A stretch of 64,000 bases of DNA from Thermodesulfobacteriota bacterium (GTDB taxonomy: Bacteria; Desulfobacterota_D; UBA1144; Nemesobacterales; UBA2774): the NCBI GenBank assembly GCA_965216785.1, contig OZ244197.1, positions 2,688,001-2,752,000 of the forward strand. Direction: 5' to 3'. The notes below the pieces were generated by a model. That model had not been told where the DNA came from, did no database searches, and saw only the letters and a program-made list of their open reading frames with translations. Shown here piece by piece: positions 17,206 through 27,339 of the stretch (position 1 is its first letter; every line of letters begins with the position of its first letter). A program made the position numbers and the translations under genes.

Positions 17206-18006
17206 ATGTTAACAATCAACAGACTTTATTTGTCTTTAATATTAATCACTATTCTTACTTTAATTCCTTTCTGGTCCGCAAGTAATGCCCAGGACAGCTA
17301 TGGTGATAGCGATCCTGGTAATCTACCTGATCCGGGTGCACAAGCAGACAATGTAATTGAGTCCTTTGAAACTCAAGGCCCATTAACGTTTGTCGACGAC
17401 CAGGCCTTGTTCAACGGTTCGTGTGGCGCCCTAGCTTTCGAAAACTTCGAAAACACAGAAGCACCAGTCGGTGGAGTTGCTGTTTGCCCAAATCCAATTA
17501 ACAGCAATACAGGGAATGGATGTTACCAACTGGGAACTGTTATTCCCGGATTTTCAATGAATGCAATTAACCCCCCCAATCCGGCTCAAGCTTTAGCCTC
17601 AGTATCATTTGGTTTAGGAAACGTTGCGGCAGGTCCTAACTTCTTCGCCGATGACCTTAGAGTTGATTTTAACGGGTTTGTAAACGCTATCGGTTTGAAC
17701 ATAATTACAGCGGGTTCTAGTACAGTTGTAGTGGATGTATACTCAGGATCTGACTTTTTGGGATCGGCGCTTGTAAATGTTGCGGGTACAGCAGGCACAT
17801 TCATAGGTATAGCAGCCCAGGCCCAGATAACACACATCGAGTTGGTGAATGGTAATGGGGAATTACTCAATGACCTTTCGTTCGGTTCGTGTGGTGGAAT
17901 CGCAAGACCCATCCCCACCCTTTCCGAATGGGGCCTCATAGCCATAGCGGGAGTTCTGGGAATAATCGCTGTATTGGCTATCCGCAGAAGAAAGGCAGCA
18001 GCTTAA
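17206..18006 (+). CDS. IPTL-CTERM sorting domain surface protein
   Basis: Signal peptide; C-terminal PIPTLSEWGLI + TM + RRRK. Confidence 0.88.
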   Translation: MLTINRLYLSLILITILTLIPFWSASNAQDSYGDSDPGNLPDPGAQADNVIESFETQGPLTFVDDQALFNGSCGALAFENFENTEAPVGGVAVCPNPINSNTGNGCYQLGTVIPGFSMNAINPPNPAQALASVSFGLGNVAAGPNFFADDLRVDFNGFVNAIGLNIITAGSSTVVVDVYSGSDFLGSALVNVAGTAGTFIGIAAQAQITHIELVNGNGELLNDLSFGSCGGIARPIPTLSEWGLIAIAGVLGIIAVLAIRRRKAAA

Positions 18007-18041
18007 CCTGCAACCAACCCATACAATAAAATTTATCTTTT

Positions 18042-18069
18042 AAAAAGGGAGCTTCGGCTCCCTTTTTTT
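18042..18069 (+). terminator. Intrinsic terminator
   Basis: AAAAAGGGAG-CTTCGG-CTCCC-T7. Confidence 0.85.
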
Positions 18070-18199
18070 GTATTATCCGCTCGAAAACAAGCTGATAAGA
18101 AGATAAACTTAATCCCTCTCCTAAACACGATTTGTCAGACAATCGTACATCTTACACGCTAGTTGCAAATAATTACCTTGTAATTATTACATTTATCTG

Positions 18200-18214
18200 T
18201 GGCACCGTATTTGC
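18200..18214 (+). promoter_or_regulatory. sigma54 promoter of the cbb3 oxidase operon
   Basis: TGGCACCGTATTTGC (GG-N10-GC). Candidate enhancer TGTCAGACAATCGTACA at 18133-18149. Confidence 0.8.
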
Positions 18215-18247
18215 CATTATACATAGGGATATCATAATACTAGTACA

Positions 18248-20710
18248 ATGGAAAACTCGACCACTTGCTCCATACGGAAAGCTCATGAGCTCCTGAAAGC
18301 TCAGCGCTGCGCCCATTGCGGAGACGAACTTACGGCCTCAAATACTGTCGAGTCCCAAGGCAGGTATTTTTGCTGTAACGGCTGCTCCTCGGTATATGAG
18401 CTTTTACACAATCTCGGTCTTGATGATTTCTACAAGATTAGGGACGCTCAATATACCGGGAAGATAGAGACCCCGTTCGATACCGATCCCGGAGATTCAT
18501 ACGATTACCTCAATACTGACAGTTTTAAAGAGCTTTATACCAGAGAAGACGACCCCCTCACCATGAACTTTTACATCGAGGGCATACACTGTGCCGCTTG
18601 CTTATGGCTCCTTGAAAAAATCCCTGAATTCGCGCCGGGAATCACGTCGGTCTCTCTCAATATGTCGGACAACACCGCTTCCGTAAGGTTCAAGGAACCG
18701 GGGCAATACTCTGTGTTCCCAAAAACAGTAAGAACGCTCGGGTATAAAGCGCACCCTATAAAAATCGACGGCGATGAGAGCGTACGTGAGCTCAAGAGAA
18801 AAGAGAGCCGGACTTCGCTTATCAGAATTGCCGTAGCTGCGGTGTGCGCGGGCAACATCATGCTCCTGTCCGCGGCCATTTATTCAGGCGCCGGGGGTGC
18901 GTTCAGAGACTACTTCGAGCTTCTAAACCTCCTGCTCACGCTCCCTGTCGTGACGTACTGCGCCTACCCTTTCTATAAAAGCGTGTGGAGCTCCTTAAGA
19001 ATCAAGCGGGCCACAGTAGACATCCCGGTAGTGTTTGTTATTCTCACAGGCTTTTTACTCAGCACCTACAGCTACTTTAAAGGCACTAGCGAGGTCTACT
19101 TCGACTCCATTACAGCCTTTGTTTTCTTACTTCTTGCAAGCCGTTATTTTCTTAAAATAGTCCAGGACCGGGCAGCCGGCACAGAGCCCTTAAGCCGTAG
19201 TCTCTTTTCCTCCAACAGAGTCCTCATACGGGACGATAAAACTAAAGAGTACGCTCTTATGCCGATTGAGCGCCTAGAGGCGGGGCAGTTAATCAAGTTG
19301 TCAAAGGGCGCTCGCGTGCCCGTTGACGGAGAGCTTCTCTCCTCATCTTCAGAGCTCAGCCTAAGCGTTCTTACGGGTGAGAACATACCGGTAAAAGTAC
19401 TTAAGGGAAGCCATGTGTACGCGGGCTCAGTGCTAGAATCCGAAGAGGCCGTGGTGAAGGTAAAAAAGACCGGGAAATTCACCCGCATAGGCGAAATACT
19501 CGATTCTGTAAACAGCAACTACCAGAGCAAATTCAACTTCACCACAAAGAGCGACAGATTCGCCACAGTGTTCACTCTAGCCGTGGGCGCTCTGGCCATA
19601 GTTTCATTTTTCACAGTCTCCGCACTTTACTCGCCGGGAGAGGCTCTAAGGCGCGTAATCGCCTTTGTGCTCATAGCATGCCCGTGCGCGTTCGTTTTCG
19701 CTCTTCCGCTTTCACTTGGGCTGTCTATCAAATCGGGCATTAAGAAAGGCTATCTCGTAAAAGATACATCCATCTTCGATAAGCTCCCGAATATAAAAAA
19801 CATATTTTTCGATAAGACGGGCACCTTGACCAAAGGTGTGTTTAAAATTCTCAAATGGGATACTGGCAAGCTCCCGCTTCAGGATAAAGCGGCGGTTCTT
19901 GCTATTGAGAGAGAATCCTCTCACCCTGTGGCAAGAGCGGTAGTCGGCTATCTCGCGGACCAGGAGCTTCCGGCCTTCAAAGTTGATGAATTTAAAATGG
20001 TTCCCTCAAAAGGTGTACAAGCGCAAGTAAACGGTAGCGCTTACTCGCTTATATCAGAAAGCATAGATCAGCGAAATGACATAAACGCCATTATCTCGAC
20101 CAAGATAGTCCTCAGTAAGGACGGAGAGCCCATCTCGGACATTCTCCTAGGCGACTCGCTTAAAGAAGACGCGAAATACGTAGTCGATGAGCTTCAAAAA
20201 AACGGCAAGAACGTATTTATACTCTCCGGAGACCGTGAGAGCAGCGTAGAGCTCGCGGGCGAGAGGCTCGGCGTTTCCGGGGACAATGTGTTCTGGGAGA
20301 AAACTCCGGAGGAAAAAGCTCACTTAATATCAGATACTAAAAGCGGACTTTCCATGATGATAGGCGACGGGCTAAATGACGCCGCGGCGCTAACGTCCGC
20401 GGATATAGGCATAGCTATCCAGGGAAGCGTCGAGGAAAGCATGAAGGTATCGGATGCCTATATACTAAATAACGATCTATTTTCAGTGCTCGAGCTAATG
20501 AATCAAGGCGGCTCTGTTAAAGACACGCTTCGGAGAAACACAACCTTCTCCATACTATACAACGTTGCCGCCGGATCGTTTGCGCTTCTTGGGTTTATAA
20601 GCCCGTTAATAGCTGCCGTGCTCATGCCGCTAAGCTCGCTGCTGCTCATAGGTTCTTCTCTGTATGGAAGACAAAATCCGAGGTTTAAGGAGCTTAAAGC
20701 AAAATTATGA
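18248..20710 (+). CDS. ccoI: Cu-translocating P1B-type ATPase for cbb3 assembly (CcoI/FixI)
   Basis: N-terminal CAHC..CCNGC, CAAC HMA domain, TGE, ACPC, DKTGT and GDGLND motifs. Confidence 0.92.
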   Translation: MENSTTCSIRKAHELLKAQRCAHCGDELTASNTVESQGRYFCCNGCSSVYELLHNLGLDDFYKIRDAQYTGKIETPFDTDPGDSYDYLNTDSFKELYTREDDPLTMNFYIEGIHCAACLWLLEKIPEFAPGITSVSLNMSDNTASVRFKEPGQYSVFPKTVRTLGYKAHPIKIDGDESVRELKRKESRTSLIRIAVAAVCAGNIMLLSAAIYSGAGGAFRDYFELLNLLLTLPVVTYCAYPFYKSVWSSLRIKRATVDIPVVFVILTGFLLSTYSYFKGTSEVYFDSITAFVFLLLASRYFLKIVQDRAAGTEPLSRSLFSSNRVLIRDDKTKEYALMPIERLEAGQLIKLSKGARVPVDGELLSSSSELSLSVLTGENIPVKVLKGSHVYAGSVLESEEAVVKVKKTGKFTRIGEILDSVNSNYQSKFNFTTKSDRFATVFTLAVGALAIVSFFTVSALYSPGEALRRVIAFVLIACPCAFVFALPLSLGLSIKSGIKKGYLVKDTSIFDKLPNIKNIFFDKTGTLTKGVFKILKWDTGKLPLQDKAAVLAIERESSHPVARAVVGYLADQELPAFKVDEFKMVPSKGVQAQVNGSAYSLISESIDQRNDINAIISTKIVLSKDGEPISDILLGDSLKEDAKYVVDELQKNGKNVFILSGDRESSVELAGERLGVSGDNVFWEKTPEEKAHLISDTKSGLSMMIGDGLNDAAALTSADIGIAIQGSVEESMKVSDAYILNNDLFSVLELMNQGGSVKDTLRRNTTFSILYNVAAGSFALLGFISPLIAAVLMPLSSLLLIGSSLYGRQNPRFKELKAKL

Positions 20711-20892
20711 ACATAATATTTCTTACACTCGGCGTATCTATAGCAATTGCTATATCATTTCTCTTCGCGTTTATCTGGGCTACGCGCAAGGGACAGTATG
20801 ACGATCTTGAAACACCCGGACATAGAATGTTACTCGATGACTATGAAACAGAGAATACGAATAAAAATAAAACGGAGGATAGAGACTCATGA
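20707..20892 (+). CDS. ccoS: cbb3 oxidase assembly protein CcoS
   Basis: FIWA.RKGQYDDLETP.HRMLLDD motif. Confidence 0.93.
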   Translation: MNIIFLTLGVSIAIAISFLFAFIWATRKGQYDDLETPGHRMLLDDYETENTNKNKTEDRDS

Positions 20893-23054
20893 GCGCAGTT
20901 AACCAAGCTGGGGCAGGGATGTTGGACAGAGTCGTTTATGACGACGACATAGTTGTAAAGTTTTTATACGCCACGTTATTCTGGGGGGCCGCTGCTTTTC
21001 TGGTCGGTTTGCTAGCGGCTCTCCAGCTTGCTTTCTGGCCGGCCAATCTGGAGCTCGAATGGCTGACATTCGGGAGAATCCGGCCACTTCACACCAATGC
21101 CGCAATATTCGCGTTCGGCGGAAATATCATATTTGCGGGCATATACCACTCGACACAGAGGCTCCTTAAGACAAGGAACTTCTCTGACATGCTGAGCAAC
21201 ATTCACTTCTGGGGATGGCAGCTCATAATTGTGGGAGCCCTAATAACCCTTCCGCTCGGCTATACGATGAGTAAAGAATACGCAGAGCTCGAATGGCCTC
21301 TCGACATAGCGATCGCGGTTATCTGGGTTGTATTTGCCGTCAATTTCTTCGGCACGATAGCCAAAAGAAGGGTAAAACACCTATACGTCGCGATATGGTT
21401 TTATATAGCAACCATCATCACCGTAGCGATGCTCCACATCGTCAACTCGATCGAGATACCCGTTGCGTTCTTAAAGAGCTACCCGGTTTATTCGGGTGTC
21501 CAGGACGCTCTGGTTCAATGGTGGTACGGTCACAACGCTGTGGCTTTTTTCCTAACCACTCCTTTCCTGGGACTCATGTACTACTATGTCCCCAAGGCTG
21601 CGAATAGGCCAATTTACAGCTACAAGCTGTCTATCGTTCATTTCTGGTCTCTCGTGTTCATCTACATCTGGGCCGGGCCTCATCATCTATTAAACACAGC
21701 GCTTCCCGACTGGGCACAGACCATTGGTATGATTTTCAGCCTTATGCTCTGGGCGCCTAGCTGGGGCGGCATGATTAACGGCTTGCTGACGCTCCGCGGC
21801 GCATGGCATAAACTCCGTACTGACCCGATAATCAAGTTTCTGGCTGTTGCCGTTACTTTCTACGGAATGTCCACGTTCGAAGGACCGCTGCTGTCTATAA
21901 AATCGGTAAGCTCTCTCGCTCACTACACCGACTGGATCATCGGACACGTTCACGGAGGAACACTCGGATGGAACGGGTTCCTAACCTTCGGAATCATCTA
22001 CTATCTGGTACCGAAACTATGGAAGACCAAGATTTACAGCGTTAAGCTCGAGAACTGGCATTTCTGGGTAGGGCTCTTAGGGATACTTCTCTACTACATC
22101 TCCATGTGGGCAAGCGGTATCACACAGGGACTCATGTGGCAGGCTATCGGCGAGAACGGACAGCTTGTGTACCCGGACTTCGTCGAGACTGTAATGAGGA
22201 TAGTCCCTCTGTACTGGGTAAGGTTCATCGGCGGAAGCCTGTTCTTAATCGGCTTCATGTTCATGCTTTATAACATATGGATGACCATTAAGCTTGCGCC
22301 TAAGAGAGACAGTAAAGAAGTACGCGAAGTAGCGCCTCTTTCGGCAGACGTTACAGATATAGGTACCGGTCACAGAAAACTCGAAGCGCTCAGCCTCGTG
22401 TTCACCGTGATCCTTTTCATCTCCGTAATAGTGGGATCGATCATTGAGATACTCCCAACGCTCTCGATCTATAAGTACCTGCCTTCTTCGGAAAAGACAG
22501 AGCCTTATACACCTCTTGAGCTAGCGGGAAGAGACATATACATAAAAGAAGGCTGCTATGTCTGCCACTCCCAGATGATCAGGAAACTGCCGTTCGACGT
22601 GCTCCGCTACGGTCCCAGCTCGACCATAGCCGAGTCCATGTACGACAGACCTTTTCAGTGGGGCTCCAAACGTACCGGGCCCGATCTGGCAAGAGTCGGA
22701 GGAAAGTACCCGGACATGTGGCACCTTAGGCATATGATAAACCCAAGGGAGATAACCCCCAACTCCATCATGCCTTCCTATCCGTGGCAGGCGGTTAAGA
22801 AGACCGACTACCATATACTGAGGAAGAAGTTCAGTGTGATGAAGATGCTCGGAGTTCCCTATTCGGATGAGGACGTAGCGAACGCGGATATTAAAGCGGA
22901 AAAAGAAGCGGCGCTCATCTACGAAGGGCTGCTTGAGCAGGACCCTTCACTTACATCCATCAAGGATACGGAGATAATTGCGCTTATCGCCTATCTCCAG
23001 AGCTTGGGGCAGAAAACCACTACGGGTGAGGAGGTGTCGACATCAAACAATTAG
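20889..23054 (+). CDS. ccoN: Fused cbb3-type cytochrome c oxidase subunits I/II (CcoNO)
   Basis: GRIRPLHTN, WWYGHNAV, WAGPHHL and GHVH (CcoN); GCYVCHSQMIR and WGSKRTGPDLARVG (CcoO). Confidence 0.97.
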   Translation: MSAVNQAGAGMLDRVVYDDDIVVKFLYATLFWGAAAFLVGLLAALQLAFWPANLELEWLTFGRIRPLHTNAAIFAFGGNIIFAGIYHSTQRLLKTRNFSDMLSNIHFWGWQLIIVGALITLPLGYTMSKEYAELEWPLDIAIAVIWVVFAVNFFGTIAKRRVKHLYVAIWFYIATIITVAMLHIVNSIEIPVAFLKSYPVYSGVQDALVQWWYGHNAVAFFLTTPFLGLMYYYVPKAANRPIYSYKLSIVHFWSLVFIYIWAGPHHLLNTALPDWAQTIGMIFSLMLWAPSWGGMINGLLTLRGAWHKLRTDPIIKFLAVAVTFYGMSTFEGPLLSIKSVSSLAHYTDWIIGHVHGGTLGWNGFLTFGIIYYLVPKLWKTKIYSVKLENWHFWVGLLGILLYYISMWASGITQGLMWQAIGENGQLVYPDFVETVMRIVPLYWVRFIGGSLFLIGFMFMLYNIWMTIKLAPKRDSKEVREVAPLSADVTDIGTGHRKLEALSLVFTVILFISVIVGSIIEILPTLSIYKYLPSSEKTEPYTPLELAGRDIYIKEGCYVCHSQMIRKLPFDVLRYGPSSTIAESMYDRPFQWGSKRTGPDLARVGGKYPDMWHLRHMINPREITPNSIMPSYPWQAVKKTDYHILRKKFSVMKMLGVPYSDEDVANADIKAEKEAALIYEGLLEQDPSLTSIKDTEIIALIAYLQSLGQKTTTGEEVSTSNN

Positions 23055-23230
23055 CGCTTTCATATTTTGAGAATATAGAGCTTACGAACCTGGCTTTGAT
23101 TCTGTTCCTGACGGCATTCACTATAGTTGTCGTCAGGGTGCTCTTCGGATCCAATAAAAAGCTCTACGATAAAATGGAGCGTTTGCCGCTTGAAGACGAT
23201 GATATTATACAGGAGGAGAAAGACACATGA
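23042..23230 (+). CDS. ccoQ: cbb3 oxidase subunit CcoQ (absent from ORF track; probable ATC start)
   Basis: Frame reads (I)KQLALSYFENIELTNLALILFLTAFTIVVVRVLFGSNKKLYDKMERLPLEDDDIIQEEKDT*. Single TM plus LPLEDD, ATGA overlap with ccoP, SD GAGGAGGT 6 nt upstream. Confidence 0.8.
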   Translation: MKQLALSYFENIELTNLALILFLTAFTIVVVRVLFGSNKKLYDKMERLPLEDDDIIQEEKDT

Positions 23231-23796
23231 GCGACGACGATAAATTAATAAAAGGCCACGATTACGACGGGATACAGGAGCTCAACAACCCGCTTCCGGG
23301 ATGGTGGCTCGCTACTTTTTATATCACGATCATATTCTCGATCGGCTACTACGCCTATTATACGTTCCTTGGCGGACCCACGTCCGATGAAGAGCTGGCA
23401 AGCAGTATGAGCGTGATTCAGGAGGAAAGACAAGCCGCGAAAGATACTCAAGAGGTTAAGTCAGAGGAGTACTTTATAGCTCTTCTGGACGATCAAGAAG
23501 TGCTCGCGGCCGGTAAAGCCGAATACACGGCCAAGTGCCTTGCCTGTCACGGCGACAAAGCACAGGGGCTCATAGGGCCCAATATGACGGATGACTACTG
23601 GATTCATGGCGACGGTTCGGTAACCTCTATGTTAGAGGTTGCTAAGAGCGGAGTACCCGATAAGGGTATGCCTCCATGGGAAGGCGTGATACCGGAGGAG
23701 ACCCTGGAAGCTGTCACAGTGTATATGTACAGCCTACAAGGTACAGACCCGCCCGGAGCCAAAGCGCCTCAAGGAGAAAAGATAGAGCGTAAATGA
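23227..23796 (+). CDS. ccoP: cbb3 oxidase subunit III (short, mono-heme CcoP)
   Basis: HDYDGIQELNNPLPGWW, a single CLACH and GMPPW. Confidence 0.93.
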   Translation: MSDDDKLIKGHDYDGIQELNNPLPGWWLATFYITIIFSIGYYAYYTFLGGPTSDEELASSMSVIQEERQAAKDTQEVKSEEYFIALLDDQEVLAAGKAEYTAKCLACHGDKAQGLIGPNMTDDYWIHGDGSVTSMLEVAKSGVPDKGMPPWEGVIPEETLEAVTVYMYSLQGTDPPGAKAPQGEKIERK

Positions 23797-25220
23797 AGGT
23801 CCTTGACCAGAGAAACCTGCCAGAAGACCGTCCGTCCACCATGGATGAGACGGGCAAGAGGGTATTTGTATTCCCGGCCAGTGTTAGCGGATTCTGGAGA
23901 CACGCGAGAACCATCGTAGAGATATTCCTGATAATCTTTTTCCTAGTGCTGCCATGGATAAAGATTGGCGGTCATCAGGCTCTTCTTCTCGACATAGGCA
24001 ATAGAAGATTCTCGGTGTTCGGGCTCACTTTTTGGTCTCACGACGCTCCGCTCATATTCTTTTTACTTGCGTTCCTGGCTATTGGGCTTGCCTTCATCAC
24101 GGCCGTATGGGGTCGTATATGGTGCGGCTGGGCGTGCCCTCAGACAGTATTCATTGACGGGGTGTTCAGAAGGTTCGAGTACTGGATTATCGGTAGCTAT
24201 ATCCAGCAGCGGAACCTGGCCAAAGCCCCCTGGAGCCTTAAGAAATTCTTCAAGCTCTCGGTACTCTGGTCACTTTTTCTGATTGCAAGCCTCATCATCG
24301 CACACAGCTTCCTCGCGTATTTCGTGGGGGCCGACAAATTAGTCGAGATGACTCAGCACAACCCGGGCGAGAACTGGACCATATTTATTATCATGGCGTT
24401 TACAACCGCGGTCATTCTGTTCGATTTCGGATGGTTCAGAGAACAGTTCTGCATCATCATGTGCCCCTATGGCCGCTTCCAGTCTGTTCTGATGGACGAC
24501 GACTCTCTTACTGTATCATACGACCCGGTGAGGGGCGAGCCCAGAAGAGGCGCCGTAGGCGAGGGACAAGAACAGGGCGACTGCATTGACTGCTATAAAT
24601 GCATAGCCGTTTGCCCCACGGGTATTGATATTAGACGAGGGCTACAGCTCGAGTGTATAGGCTGCACCGCGTGCATCGACGCCTGTGACGAGGTGATGGA
24701 GAAAATCGACAAACCCAAAGGTCTCATAAGATATGCAACGGGAAGCAGCCTTAAGGGGATAGCAACCAAATGGTTCAGGCCAAGGGTCGCTATCTACTCG
24801 GTACTTCTCCTCGCGGTTGTAGGAGCTCTCATGTTCTCTGTCTCCAGGAGACAGGACATAGACGTCACAGTCTTAAGAGCCAAGGACAATCCCTATCAGG
24901 TCGTAAGTAACGGGGACAAGGGAGAAGATGTAATAAACCACTTCAAGATGCATATGAAGAACCATACGTTTGACGACCTTAGCCTCAAAGTCGTGCTGCC
25001 CGCAGACTGGGAGTCGAAAAATATAGAGATTATTTCTCAGAACAAAACAATCGAGCTTGAAGCGGGTAAGGACATCACTCTTCACTTCTTCGTAAAATTC
25101 CCTAGAGAGGTGACAGACAGCGAGGGCTCTAGAAACATCACGGTAGATTTCATTAATCAAAAAGACAATCAGATTCTAATCGAGGAGGATGTGAAGCTTG
25201 TCGGACCTAAGTCCATTTGA
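23793..25220 (+). CDS. ccoG: Cytochrome c oxidase accessory protein CcoG/FixG
   Basis: GRIWCGWACPQTVF, CPYGRFQ, CIDC..C..VCPTGIDIR and CIGC..CIDAC motifs. Confidence 0.95.
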   Translation: MKVLDQRNLPEDRPSTMDETGKRVFVFPASVSGFWRHARTIVEIFLIIFFLVLPWIKIGGHQALLLDIGNRRFSVFGLTFWSHDAPLIFFLLAFLAIGLAFITAVWGRIWCGWACPQTVFIDGVFRRFEYWIIGSYIQQRNLAKAPWSLKKFFKLSVLWSLFLIASLIIAHSFLAYFVGADKLVEMTQHNPGENWTIFIIMAFTTAVILFDFGWFREQFCIIMCPYGRFQSVLMDDDSLTVSYDPVRGEPRRGAVGEGQEQGDCIDCYKCIAVCPTGIDIRRGLQLECIGCTACIDACDEVMEKIDKPKGLIRYATGSSLKGIATKWFRPRVAIYSVLLLAVVGALMFSVSRRQDIDVTVLRAKDNPYQVVSNGDKGEDVINHFKMHMKNHTFDDLSLKVVLPADWESKNIEIISQNKTIELEAGKDITLHFFVKFPREVTDSEGSRNITVDFINQKDNQILIEEDVKLVGPKSI

Positions 25221-25917
25221 CGCCATCTTAAGAGATTGGTCTTATTTATCAATTCCTCTTGGGGTATTCATAGCAAGTTTGCTCGGCAGCACACACTGCG
25301 CCTCGATGTGCGGCCCTATAGCGATAACCGTTAATAACTCGGGCGGTCATATGAGCCTATACCATTTCGGTCGTCTCTTAAGCTACCTAGCGCTTGGCGC
25401 TCTTGCGGGTCTTTTGGGGGAGGCATTTTTATCAAATAATTACGGTGTAGTTACAACTGTTTCGGTAATACTTATATCTGCTTTCTTCATATACACGGGC
25501 TATAGACTTATTCGGGGAAAGCCGCTTGACATAATACCCACGCGCTTAATAACCGCGTTCTTGTCAAAGCCCGCCCGATGGTCATTTGCGCGAGGAAAAA
25601 TTTTAGGCTCCTTGAGCATCGGAATAGTAAACGGCTTTTTGCCTTGCGGATGGGTATATATATTCGTAATAGGCGCGGTCGCTACAAAGAACCCTCTTTA
25701 CGGCGCGGGAATATTGCTTATATTCTGGATCGGTACTGTGCCCGTTCTCTCCGCCCTCCCCTTTGTCTATAAAAAAACCGTAGGCAGAGGATCCCGAAAG
25801 CTCACAATGGCCGCGGGGATTGTGCTCATACTCATAGGCCTTGCAAACGTTGTTGTCCACACCCTGCCTTCGGGGCATTCCGGACACACAAATCATCATT
25901 CGCACAGCATGAGATAA
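25198..25917 (+). CDS. DsbD_2 / TauE-SafE-like membrane protein of cbb3 clusters
   Basis: HCASMCGP, YHFGRLLSY, GFLPCGWVY and FWIGTVP motifs; His-rich tail. Confidence 0.88.
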   Translation: MSDLSPFDAILRDWSYLSIPLGVFIASLLGSTHCASMCGPIAITVNNSGGHMSLYHFGRLLSYLALGALAGLLGEAFLSNNYGVVTTVSVILISAFFIYTGYRLIRGKPLDIIPTRLITAFLSKPARWSFARGKILGSLSIGIVNGFLPCGWVYIFVIGAVATKNPLYGAGILLIFWIGTVPVLSALPFVYKKTVGRGSRKLTMAAGIVLILIGLANVVVHTLPSGHSGHTNHHSHSMR

Positions 25918-25958
25918 CCTGGCTATTTAGTCATAAGCGGGCCCTTTGATTTTGCAAC

Positions 25959-26327
25959 TTAAGCAATATTCAGTATGCCCTTGAGTATATCCGTAGTAGT
26001 GATAATCCCGGTCAACCTTCCGTCATCAGAAAGTACGGGAGTGGCGTTAATCTTATGGCTAATAAGGATCATACCCGCTTCCTCAAGCGAGGAGTCCTCG
26101 CTAATAGACACCGGATCGGGAGTCATTACGTTCCTTACTGTTAAATGCGGGTCTGTTACCAGAGCCATCCGGAGGTCTCTATCACTGATTATTCCCACCA
26201 GATTATCATTATCCACAACCGGCGCCTGACGTATCGATCTATCAGAGAGCATATTGAATGCAACCCTCAGATCATCACCCGGTGATACCGATGCCGGATT
26301 ACGAGTCATATAGTCTTTTACCAGCAT
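25959..26327 (-). CDS. CBS domain-pair protein
   Basis: VKDYMT.NP, PVVD..LVGIISDRD and V.NVMT..P..GIITTTD. Confidence 0.9.
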   Translation of the reverse strand: MLVKDYMTRNPASVSPGDDLRVAFNMLSDRSIRQAPVVDNDNLVGIISDRDLRMALVTDPHLTVRNVMTPDPVSISEDSSLEEAGMILISHKINATPVLSDDGRLTGIITTTDILKGILNIA

Positions 26328-26366
26328 ATCTCACCCCTCTTGGCTTTATTTAATACTTAAAATAGT

Positions 26367-26381
26367 GCAAGAACGGTGCCG
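26367..26381 (-). promoter_or_regulatory. sigma54 promoter of the CBS gene
   Basis: Minus strand CGGCACCGTTCTTGC. Confidence 0.7.
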
Positions 26382-26523
26382 GACTATCTGGCATGTAATA
26401 CAGGGTAAATGCAAAATTGGAGTGTAAATTGTCTTATTTTAATACAAATTTCTTGAATCCGTATCAGAGAACAGTCCCAATTTTCAAGCTTTCAACTTAA
26501 TTCCAAGAAGAAATGTATTTTGG

Positions 26524-26850
26524 CTAATCATTACGGGGCGAGCCGTGCAGTACGGCAACGAATACCAAATCCTCATCAAGAGCTTTTACTGAGTGTTTTT
26601 CATCAACGTCGAAAATCAGGATAGATCCCGGTACTGCTTTCTCCTCGGTATCATCTGAGCCTCTGAACATACCCTCTCCTTTCAGCACAATCAGATAAAC
26701 AGGAGACGAGGGCGAGCTATGCTCCTTGATTTCCTGTCCAGGGCGCAGCGCAAACTCAAGAAGCCTCCCGTTCTTATCCACGTGTATAGGCCTGGCGATA
26801 CCATGCTTCTCATTAAATCGAATACCGTCCATGAGATTAATGTGTTCCAT
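26524..26850 (-). CDS. Cupin-2 domain protein (last gene of nos operon)
   Basis: LRPGQEIKEH, VLKGEG and EKHSV motifs. Confidence 0.85.
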   Translation of the reverse strand: MEHINLMDGIRFNEKHGIARPIHVDKNGRLLEFALRPGQEIKEHSSPSSPVYLIVLKGEGMFRGSDDTEEKAVPGSILIFDVDEKHSVKALDEDLVFVAVLHGSPRND

Positions 26851-26868
26851 GTTGCCCCCCCTATCTAT

Positions 26869-27339
26869 TTATTTCTTACCTTCTTCCAGTACAGCCCGAG
26901 AAGCCTCGGTAAATCCGCCAAGGAACCTGCCGTTTTCCCGCTCCGCAAGCTCTCTCGCTGCATTTTCGTCACTGGCTGCGACAATTCCATGGCCCATAGG
27001 CGTTTTAATGCTCTCTACCCATACATAGTAGGCTGAAGAGCCGTCTATCCACTCGCCGCTACTATAGTCCTTAACGTAGTAGGTGGCTATTTCTCCCCGC
27101 TCGCTGTTCCCACCCTCCCCTGCGGAAGTATAGTGGAGCATACAGCCCAGATCGTCGAATTTTCTAGACTTCCCCCCGGGCAATATATACTGGGCTGAAT
27201 ATGCCTCCTCGCTTATTATCATCTTACACCTTTCACATACATCTTCACCGTAATATATCTGCGCTGGCCCAGTGCTCGGGGTATCTTTACAAGAAAAGAA
27301 GAATGCCATCAATAATATTAGTGCGAGAGTTATTTTCAA
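26869..27339 (-). CDS. nosL: Nitrous oxide reductase accessory lipoprotein NosL
   Basis: Lipobox FFSC, CERCKMII, FDDLGCM and TPMGHG. TTG start at 27339 overlaps the nosY stop. Confidence 0.92.
   Translation of the reverse strand: MKITLALILLMAFFFSCKDTPSTGPAQIYYGEDVCERCKMIISEEAYSAQYILPGGKSRKFDDLGCMLHYTSAGEGGNSERGEIATYYVKDYSSGEWIDGSSAYYVWVESIKTPMGHGIVAASDENAARELAERENGRFLGGFTEASRAVLEEGKK

Noticed and set aside
4671-18069. Near-identical hairpins at 4671 and 18042 as a mobile repeat
   Set aside because: Both are short GGGAG-CTTCG-CTCCC terminators with the common UUCG loop; similarity does not extend into the flanks.
20889-23796. ccoN-ccoO fusion and mono-heme ccoP as novelties
   Set aside because: Both arrangements are already known, for example in Bacteroidota and some delta-group bacteria.
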